Positions 26,101-32,000 of a stretch of DNA of 32,000 nucleotides are shown here, in pieces. Each line of letters begins with the position of its first letter. Position 1 is the stretch's first letter. Below the pieces are notes generated by a model. It saw only the letters and a list, made by a program, of their open reading frames with translations, ran no database searches and had not been told where the DNA came from. Both the position numbers and the translations under genes were made by a program. Source of the stretch: Tenebrionibacter intestinalis (GTDB lineage Bacteria > Pseudomonadota > Gammaproteobacteria > Enterobacterales > Enterobacteriaceae); the NCBI RefSeq assembly GCF_016632365.1, contig NZ_JAEPBH010000028.1, positions 7,375 to 39,374 on the forward strand, in the 5' to 3' direction.

Positions 26101-26437
26101 CTTCGGGTGCGCTTTCACTTAAATCAATTGTTCCTGCACCAGCAATGTTAAAACCATTACGAAATACAGTAATTGTGCCTTTTTTATTGAGTTCGGTGTC
26201 TAGGCGATCTAGCAACACTTTCTCGGTGTTTGCACCATTAATCGCACTTAACTTTTCCCACTTTTCGGGCTGAGTTGCCTTAATCCATGTGATTAAATCT
26301 TCGGGATAGAGGGCATAGTCAATGTGATAATTTTTACTTTGACCAACCACCCAATCATTAAGTTTAAGCTGTTCTACGATATAGCTTTCAAGATGCTTCT
26401 CGTAATGGGCTTTATCATCCAAAATACTCATATTCAT
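23165..26437 (-). CDS. hsdR: Type I restriction enzyme R subunit
   Basis: 1090 aa. N-terminal PD-(D/E)xK-like LDLVFFINGLPMATVEIK, Walker A HSAGSGKTSTISW, DEAH-like VIDEAHTSQ, helicase C motifs. ATGA overlap with hsdS. Confidence 0.93.
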   Translation of the reverse strand: MNMSILDDKAHYEKHLESYIVEQLKLNDWVVGQSKNYHIDYALYPEDLITWIKATQPEKWEKLSAINGANTEKVLLDRLDTELNKKGTITVFRNGFNIAGAGTIDLSESAPEDQRNQTTIAKYNANILRVVPQLKYHPSKDSGILDLVFFINGLPMATVEIKTEFNQSIEDAIDQYRNDRQPIDPKTKRKEPLLTPKRGAIVHFAVCESEIYMTTALDGANTFFLPFNKGNNGHEGNPSADPSKGEVYPIDYFWKYILERNHWLNIFHHFVYIEKKNKVDLYGNWSVQERLMFPRYHQFDAVTEIVKDLSKNGVGTNYLCEHSAGSGKTSTISWLCHSLIRLREDDGTPFYNSIIVVTDRTVLDAQLQDAIQQIDHQKGLIAAINRDDKENSGKSKSKQLEDALLSNKPIIIVTIQTFPHVMEAILTHTSLSDRNYGIVIDEAHTSQTGSTASKLQATLALKSSEDMANLTVEELLEQIQKSRVQSKSISHFAFTATPKHSTKMLFGTLKEGETVPDSFHKYTQRQAIEEGFILDVLKGYVPYTTAYKLGGDAVHNDKRVDGRSAKKALAKWMNLHATNVTQKVKFIVEHFHYNVANLLNGQAKAMIVTSSRPAAARYKIALENYIEKNPDYSEYRVLVAFSGKLTGKQLSHDDDGSVSEGGIFAFEEDAEFTEANMNADIPNSDLRITFDRPEYRLMVVANKFQTGFDQPKLCAMYLDKKIGNEVEVVQTLSRLNRTTTGKDQIYIIDFVNDPDWIVECFKKYDNGAEILEVQDPNVVYTIKDSLDDSNLYTEEDLEQFKVARFKTIREIANDSFDGNKHPDLFKATDRVVRLYNHKLKMLNEAIEIQENAFNQATAQGNTQGAEQAEFERKQLSSELLAHTDFKNNLGKFARIYSYVAQLIDFGDPELENLAAFSKLVSKRLNGLPTKEVDISGLVLTGYGIFKKKLNGQDDGPDTPDISPLEPIIPKATGEKAPTQLNYLKDVIDMISAAFGDVSTKAEQVIYINHLATILRKNDVVMAQVENNSEEIILKGNLPTAVKSAIIQALGSHQALSSLLLKSDDQAINNIIKVLCKVLQSGHDIDLTKLQ

Positions 26438-27741
26438 GCGACTAACTCCCGAACATCAATCTTGCCAGTAACAGCGTGAGATATAATCGAAGCACGGTAT
26501 TCTTTAAGTTTTTCGATTAGGGCTTGCTGTTTGGAAATAAGATCATTGAATTTGACATTTTCAAACTCCAAAAAATCAACAATCTTTTTTTGGTCGGGAA
26601 GGTTAGGCAAAGATACTAATATATCACCCATTTTTTGTTGGTTTAAAATAGCAAGTGTAGATGCACTAGCCATATTTTTTACATATTGATTACATGCAAA
26701 CAAATAATAAATTAAAAAAATTAGCTCTGCCTTGTTTTTATTAGGCAATAAATAATTTATTTGCTGATTAGAAGATGCCTTATCTGTTATATATCCAACC
26801 TTTCCAAGAGTAGCGCCAATACCAATCAATAATAATGAATTTTCAGGTATTATTTTAAGATCATTACCTACAACAGCTTGAGGATTAACTTTTTTTTGCG
26901 AATTTCTTAAATGAAAATCCCCTTTAAAATCACTAGGAGTAAACCAATCAATATAATCAGCATCATAATCAACAGTAGGTAAGTAAATTGATGGTGTTCC
27001 CCCTGTGTTTATGCCCTTTGTGATCCAACGTAATTTTACAACTTCCCAATGACTAGGCACATCCCCCAACCATTCCACACCGCTATCTTTCATCGGTGCA
27101 TTCGGGTCTAAACCTTTGGTAACAGCATGAGAAATCACCGATTTACGCTGTTCTTCCAAAAGTTCGATTAACTTTTCTTGCTTGGCAATCAAGGTGTCAA
27201 TTTTTTGGGTTTCTTGGTCGAGGAAGGAAACTATTTTTTGTTGCTCATTAATAGTTGGCAATAATAAATTAATGTGAATAAACGACTCACTTTCCAAGTC
27301 CCATTGATTCACCCTAATACCTTTGGAATAGTTTTTATAACTTTGAATATAATAGGCTGAGCGTATTAAAAAATGAATATATTTAGAATGATAATCTTTC
27401 TTAGGTGTGTAAATATAATAAGCCGGGCTTACGATTCCTTGTATTTCAGATATTGCAATCGAGCCTTGCCATGCTTTCATCTTGTTAATCACAAGGTCAT
27501 TAGGACGCACAAGTTGGTACGGCGTTAAATCTTCCGATGCTCTATTATGGTTGTCATCACGACTATCTTTAGGAATAACTCCATAATCACGATAAACAGA
27601 AAGTAACCTTTCATCAGGTTGATTTGTTCTTTTAACTCGCTTAAATAAACTCCAAATAGGTTTTTGTTCCCAATCACTAGGCACATCCCCCAACCATTCC
27701 ACACCGCTATTTTTATAACTTGGATATTCTTTAAATTGCAT
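26434..27741 (-). CDS. hsdS: Type I R-M specificity subunit
   Basis: 435 aa with two target-recognition halves, each opening with SGVEWLGDVPS(D/H)WE. Each half ends in a conserved coiled-coil (..EQQKIVSFLDQETQKIDTLIAKQEKLIELLEEQRKSVISHAVTKGL / ..DQKKIVDFLEFENVKFNDLISKQQALIEKLKEYRASIISHAVTGKI). Confidence 0.93.
   Translation of the reverse strand: MQFKEYPSYKNSGVEWLGDVPSDWEQKPIWSLFKRVKRTNQPDERLLSVYRDYGVIPKDSRDDNHNRASEDLTPYQLVRPNDLVINKMKAWQGSIAISEIQGIVSPAYYIYTPKKDYHSKYIHFLIRSAYYIQSYKNYSKGIRVNQWDLESESFIHINLLLPTINEQQKIVSFLDQETQKIDTLIAKQEKLIELLEEQRKSVISHAVTKGLDPNAPMKDSGVEWLGDVPSHWEVVKLRWITKGINTGGTPSIYLPTVDYDADYIDWFTPSDFKGDFHLRNSQKKVNPQAVVGNDLKIIPENSLLLIGIGATLGKVGYITDKASSNQQINYLLPNKNKAELIFLIYYLFACNQYVKNMASASTLAILNQQKMGDILVSLPNLPDQKKIVDFLEFENVKFNDLISKQQALIEKLKEYRASIISHAVTGKIDVRELVA
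27043..27086. repeat. Intragenic direct repeat copy 1 in hsdS
   Basis: 44 nt (TTCCCAAT[G/C]ACTAGGCACATCCCCCAACCATTCCACACCGCTAT) repeated at 27667-27710 with one mismatch. Confidence 0.9.
27667..27710. repeat. Intragenic direct repeat copy 2 in hsdS
   Basis: See 27043-27086. Both copies encode the conserved start of each TRD half. Confidence 0.9.
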
Positions 27742-27743
27742 GA

Positions 27744-29747
27744 TTAAATTCCCCCAAGTAATTGAGCGACTTCTGCGGATAACTCTTTAATTTCAGCCAT
27801 GATTTCATTCGGGTGGCGTGGTTGTTCAAACACATAGAAATAACGGTTAAAGTTAATTTCATAACCGACTACGCCTACTTGGTTATCTTTGCTATCGGTA
27901 TAACTTGTATCAATCACCGCATCAGGAGCATGAGGTAATACCTCTTTTTCCATATAGGCTTGAATATCTTGTTTCAGTGGGATGTTTTCATAATCGGTTA
28001 GGTCGCTATCCATCTGCACATCACCATTAATCGTGACTGTATCAGCATCGGGATTTTGTACGCCAAAAGCCGAAATCAAGGCGTTTTTCAAAGCCTTGCT
28101 GACTTTGCTTAATGGTAGGTTTTTCAAGAATGATGTTTCAAACCAAGTATAATCTTTACTTTCACCGAACTGTTTTTCGATATAAGACGATACAGCATTT
28201 TGATCGGATTCAGCTAACTTGCCGAACTCTTTTGAGTCTTTAAATGTATTCAGTTTTTCAGCATCAAAAACAAGGTCAATGCGTAAAGGGCGTAACACTT
28301 TTACTCGACGGTAGCCAAAGTCGGTATAGTCAAAAATCTTACTGATTGGGCTTTCTTGGAAGTCGGCATAAATACGTGTGATTTCATCAATCGAGTTTTG
28401 ATCAACAAATTTACGCTTGTTACCCTCATTTTTACGCATGGATGCCCCCATGCCTGTTGCATCAATGAGTTGAACTTTGCCTTTACGGTGTTCAGGCTTA
28501 CGGTTTGAGATCAACCAAATGTATGTACCAATACCTGTACGGAAGAAAATATCCGTTGGCAAAGCAACAATCGCTTCAAGATAATCACTTTCTAAAATGA
28601 AGCGCCTGATTTCTGATTCACCAGACCCTGCACCACCGTTAAACAGTGGTGAACCTGATAATACAATCGCACCACGACCACCACCATTTTCAGGCTTTTC
28701 TAGCTTGGAAATCAGGTTTTGTAAGAACAACATTGAACCATCACTTGCTTTTGGCAAGCCAGCACCAAAACGCCCGGTGAATCCTTTTTCGCTATATTCT
28801 TGTTGTACTTTGGCAGCATCTTTCGCCCATGACATCCCGAAAGGTGGGTTAGAGCATTGGTAATGGAAATGCTGACCTGAATAATGGTCTTGGCTTAATG
28901 TGCTACCTAATTTTATGTTTTGTGATAAATCACGGCTTGGGTCTGATTCTAGTTTTTTTAATAACATTGAACCCAATGCAACGGCATGTGTTTCAGGTTG
29001 TAGTTCTTGACCATAAGGGACGAGTACAGGGGCAACATTGTAGCGATCTTTGTAGCCCTCAACATAATTCATCATATCGGTTAAGAACCCCGATGTTCCA
29101 CAAGTTTGATCGTATATAGTACGGATCAACCCCTGTTTTTGTTCAAATAATTCATTGTCTGGTTCAAGCAATAAAGTCGCAGCCAAATGCACAATGTCAC
29201 GAGGAGTCATAAAGTCCTCTGACCCTGTACCCACTTCCGCACCAAAACGAGCGATCAAATGTTCATAGACATTACTCATGGTACGATCAGGTACAACGCT
29301 TGGATGTAAATCAATCGCTGAAAAATTGTTACAGATACGCAATAGCAAATTAGCTTTGGCTAATTTATTGATTGTGCTTGAAAAATCAAACTGTTCAAAG
29401 ATTACACGCACATTATCAGAAAAGTTAGCAATGTAGTCTTCAAGATTGGCTTTGGTTTTTGTGCCACCTAGATTCGATAAATTATAGTTAGAGGTGTTAT
29501 AGAATGGATTACCACTGACATTTTTAAGAATGTCATCCATTGCCATGCCTTTATCTTTAAATTGCTCATTGGCATCAATGACAGCTTGCTTGGTAGGTTC
29601 TAATACGCACTCCAAACGTCTTAGAACAGTTAATGGTAAAATGATTTTTCCAAATTCGGTATGTGGGAAGTCACCCCAGAGATCATCGGCATTCTTCCAA
29701 ATGAAACTTGCTAATGTTGATTCCGTATTGTTCGGTGTAGTCGTCAT
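27744..29747 (-). CDS. hsdM: Type I R-M N6-adenine DNA methyltransferase subunit
   Basis: 667 aa with N-terminal HsdM-N-like region, SAM motif DQTCGTSGFL and catalytic NPPF (CSNPPFGMSW). It is the first gene of the hsdM-S-R operon. Confidence 0.93.
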   Translation of the reverse strand: MTTTPNNTESTLASFIWKNADDLWGDFPHTEFGKIILPLTVLRRLECVLEPTKQAVIDANEQFKDKGMAMDDILKNVSGNPFYNTSNYNLSNLGGTKTKANLEDYIANFSDNVRVIFEQFDFSSTINKLAKANLLLRICNNFSAIDLHPSVVPDRTMSNVYEHLIARFGAEVGTGSEDFMTPRDIVHLAATLLLEPDNELFEQKQGLIRTIYDQTCGTSGFLTDMMNYVEGYKDRYNVAPVLVPYGQELQPETHAVALGSMLLKKLESDPSRDLSQNIKLGSTLSQDHYSGQHFHYQCSNPPFGMSWAKDAAKVQQEYSEKGFTGRFGAGLPKASDGSMLFLQNLISKLEKPENGGGRGAIVLSGSPLFNGGAGSGESEIRRFILESDYLEAIVALPTDIFFRTGIGTYIWLISNRKPEHRKGKVQLIDATGMGASMRKNEGNKRKFVDQNSIDEITRIYADFQESPISKIFDYTDFGYRRVKVLRPLRIDLVFDAEKLNTFKDSKEFGKLAESDQNAVSSYIEKQFGESKDYTWFETSFLKNLPLSKVSKALKNALISAFGVQNPDADTVTINGDVQMDSDLTDYENIPLKQDIQAYMEKEVLPHAPDAVIDTSYTDSKDNQVGVVGYEINFNRYFYVFEQPRHPNEIMAEIKELSAEVAQLLGGI

Positions 29748-29766
29748 TTTAGTTTTTCATGGTTGT

Positions 29767-29789
29767 TTTACAATTAGTTAAATTGTAAA
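29767..29789. promoter_or_regulatory. Perfect 9-bp inverted repeat upstream of hsdM (possible operator)
   Basis: TTTACAATT-AGTTA-AATTGTAAA, 20-42 nt upstream of the hsdM start codon. Confidence 0.3.
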
Positions 29790-29982
29790 CAGCAAATCAA
29801 TGTTTTTCAACAAGAAAATGAAAAAACAAAACAACAAGAAAGGCGAGTTTTGACACTCTTAAACACTCAGAAAATGGAAGTTAGATGTTCATTATGGAAA
29901 GGTCGATTGTGTAATAAATAATCGATTTAATGTACATCTATTTAATATCATTGTGTTTACGACTCTAGTGAAAGGATAAGAT

Positions 29983-30003
29983 AAAGGCCATTAAATGGCC
30001 TTT
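29983..30003 (-). terminator. Stem-loop terminator at the end of the pilV-side transcription unit
   Basis: AAAGGCCAT-TAA-ATGGCCTTT, followed on the minus strand by U-rich sequence. It overlaps the stop codon of the orphan C-terminal fragment. Confidence 0.5.
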
Positions 30004-30155
30004 TATTTGTGATTACTATTGCCTTTATTTCCCTTAACCCACATGCCGTTAGCAAGAACTTCACTATTGCCATACATTTGAAATGTTATTTCACCATCAT
30101 GATTTTGTCGTCCGTGGTTAGCAGCAGGTATTGTAACACCATGCTCAAAAAAATT
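30003..30155 (-). pseudogene. Orphan 50-codon C-terminal cassette, tail-fibre-tip-like, without a start codon
   Basis: The minus frame reads NFFEHGVTIPAANHGRQNHDGEITFQMYGNSEVLANGMWVKGNKGNSNHK*. It has His-rich motifs and lies 21 nt downstream of the pilV-like stop in a different frame. The terminator follows this fragment rather than the full-length gene. Confidence 0.3.
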
Positions 30156-30178
30156 TCATGGAAATGGGATATAAGGTT

Positions 30179-31921
30179 TTAACCTTTTTTAATTATATAC
30201 ATTAGCACTACGTTTTTTGGTCTGTTTTCTGCTGCTGTTGGCACTTGTCTTGAAGCATCCAACTTCTGAGAAATCCATCTATTTGTTTCCGTGTTATTGG
30301 TAAGAGTTAAATTATTACCAAAATCTCTATTTATAACACTGGTATCATAATATGTAGCTCCTGATTGAAGATTTGAAGGTAGACTACTTATTGAGATATC
30401 ACCATCCAAACCGAAAAATAAACTACCAGTTATGTTCCTTATAGCATCACTTTGCGAAGATAGTATCGCCCTATTTGATTCAGAATCAACGCCAGCACCA
30501 TGATCCCAAGCTCTGACAAATTGCCCTCGTATGTCTGGAACCACACCAGAAGGATATAGAGTTGCCAATGTTGGGTTTTTGCTCTTATCAAAAGCCTGTC
30601 CGTTTAATTCCAACCAGCCAACCGGAGCATTGGATGTTCCCCACATTTTTATTGTTCCGGGCTGTTCTCCAGAAAAATTCCACACACCATTAACACAAGA
30701 TAAAATCTGACCATCTGCTGTTCGTCCCTGTAATCCATTAGATTGACATTCTTTGCCAACCTCAGCCTGTCCGTTCAATTGAACAAATTCTCCCACCGTA
30801 GCGCGTCCAGTGGATTCTAATGTAGCACCTTTGACGTTTTGGGATGATTCTATGTTACCAGATGCTTTTATCGTTCCAATTGTATTTATTGAACCATCAT
30901 AATTAATATTGACACCAACAGCCCCACTTTGAGGATTTCTAAGTTCAATCTTTCCATTTACTGCGAATACAATACTGGTATAGTCATCTGAGAGCACATC
31001 GATTTGTTTCTGACCTGATATTTTTATCTCAAAATCATCACCAACAGCATCTCCTCCTAATCCAATATTATTTCCATAACCATTTTTAGCATAAACCCAA
31101 TTTCCTGCTGAAATATTACCTCCAGCATCAATTTTTCCAGTAGCCTTAATGTTTCTTGCTTGTAGGTCGCCTGTCGTCGTAATGTTGCCAGTGGCATTGA
31201 GCGCATCGACATTGTTGATATTATGCCCATCTAAGTTTAAATCGCCGGTCATGGGCAAGGTTCCATCTCGTCTTAAATAAACAGAATATAAAGCACTATT
31301 ATAGCCTACACGAAATGCTAATTGTCCAGTGGATGTGATATTATTAAAATTAGCAGACGTTTCTGTCCATTGACCACTATACCCAGAAGCAATAGATGTT
31401 GTTTTAGTCATACCGCTATCTATACCAGCGGTTTGCATGGCATTCCCTAATAAATCATAACGTGTTTTACCGCCTTCAATCCATGCCGTCGATGTCGTTA
31501 TAAGACCATTAATAACAAAGTTAGGTGAAGTTCCATCTCGTTTTAATAGGATTTTATACGAGGATTTATTAGCATTAGTGCCTGTGTAGGTTGAAGGTAG
31601 CAAACCTTCGTTAATCAATGTCTGGTAAGTAATTTCACATACTGAACCTGAACAGGTTCTTGGACCCGGATCGGTTCCTGTTCCGGCAGCATTGGATAAG
31701 GTTGATAATTTATCATAACGGATATTTATATAGCCATTAACTGCTTCACCGATCTGTTTCATTTGTTGACCGACAGCAGAAGCCATTATACTCTCCTGTT
31801 CATTTTTCATATCCTGAAACTTCATAAAAGCCACCATCGTCCCAACACCTAAAACAAGAGTTAATTCTAGTAAAGAGAATCCTTTTTTAATTTTCATTTT
31901 CATCGCCATTTTTATATTCAC
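30179..31921 (-). CDS. PilV-like type IV prepilin (shufflon-N-type constant region) fused to a beta-rich fibre region and a phage tail-collar-like C-terminus
   Basis: The N-terminus KKGFSLLELTLVLGVGTMVAF is a prepilin cleavage/methylation motif (G|FSLLE). The central region has GN(I/V)-type repeats. The C-terminus ..APVGWLELNGQAFDKSKNPTLATLYP..IRGQFVRAWDHG..ENRPKNVVLMYIIK resembles tail-collar domains. The start could instead be one of the Mets at 31903 or 31897. Confidence 0.75.
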   Translation of the reverse strand: MNIKMAMKMKIKKGFSLLELTLVLGVGTMVAFMKFQDMKNEQESIMASAVGQQMKQIGEAVNGYINIRYDKLSTLSNAAGTGTDPGPRTCSGSVCEITYQTLINEGLLPSTYTGTNANKSSYKILLKRDGTSPNFVINGLITTSTAWIEGGKTRYDLLGNAMQTAGIDSGMTKTTSIASGYSGQWTETSANFNNITSTGQLAFRVGYNSALYSVYLRRDGTLPMTGDLNLDGHNINNVDALNATGNITTTGDLQARNIKATGKIDAGGNISAGNWVYAKNGYGNNIGLGGDAVGDDFEIKISGQKQIDVLSDDYTSIVFAVNGKIELRNPQSGAVGVNINYDGSINTIGTIKASGNIESSQNVKGATLESTGRATVGEFVQLNGQAEVGKECQSNGLQGRTADGQILSCVNGVWNFSGEQPGTIKMWGTSNAPVGWLELNGQAFDKSKNPTLATLYPSGVVPDIRGQFVRAWDHGAGVDSESNRAILSSQSDAIRNITGSLFFGLDGDISISSLPSNLQSGATYYDTSVINRDFGNNLTLTNNTETNRWISQKLDASRQVPTAAENRPKNVVLMYIIKKG

Positions 31922-32000
31922 GTATTAATTAATTATCAAATAACAAACAAAAATCAAGATACAGATAAAAACAAATCCCCAGCCATATTAAAATTAAGCT

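Larger units (their letters stand above)
19829..32000. mobile_element. Genomic island integrated at the 3' end of tRNA-Asn (right end outside the window)
   Basis: It starts directly after the tRNA with an intact P4-type integrase. From about 21300 the DNA is strongly AT-rich compared with the flanking core. Cargo is a type I R-M operon, an unknown protein and a pilV-like gene. Confidence 0.8.

Noticed and set aside
29748-30700. Search for shufflon sfx-type 19-bp inverted repeats around the pilV-like C-terminus and the orphan cassette.
   Set aside because: I saw only a loose ACCGGA..TTGG resemblance near 30615-30635. There is no inverted partner and no rci gene in the window, so no shufflon is claimed.

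Overview
Enterobacterial chromosome segment across the asn-tRNA cluster (amn - tRNA-Asn - yeeO - tRNA-Asn, the same order as E. coli amn-asnW-yeeO-asnU). Core genes alternate with three acquired blocks. (A) 1-5322 is the right end of an island. It carries a giant DUF1998-type SF2 helicase (N-terminus outside the window, DruE/DrmAB-like) and vsr, and ends at a 17-nt copy of the tRNA-Asn 3' end. (B) 6437-15701 is a complete, uninterrupted type I-E cas operon on the minus strand (cas3, cas8e, cse2, cas7e, cas5e, cas6e, cas1, cas2). It has no normal CRISPR array: downstream of cas2 there is only a leader plus one degenerate repeat, fused to a decayed integrase gene. (C) 19829-32000 is an AT-rich island starting with an intact P4-type integrase next to tRNA-Asn. 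It carries a 484-aa unknown protein, a type I R-M operon (hsdM-hsdS-hsdR) and a PilV-like prepilin with a phage tail-collar C-terminus. Main finding: the 509-bp cas3/cas8e intergenic region holds a one-unit mini-CRISPR (degenerate repeat, 33-nt AT-rich pseudo-spacer, degenerate repeat) with its own promoter. An AAG PAM plus a match to pseudo-spacer positions 1-5, 7-11 and 13-15 lies exactly between the -35 and -10 of a divergent promoter. That promoter drives a ~260-nt unit with two tiny ORFs (41 aa basic, 26 aa hydrophobic) and an intrinsic terminator abutting the cas8e ribosome-binding site. I read this as a CreTA/CreR-like Cascade-guided self-regulation or addiction module in a type I-E locus. 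This is inferred from sequence only. All four asn-tRNA att sites in the window show present or past integrase occupancy.
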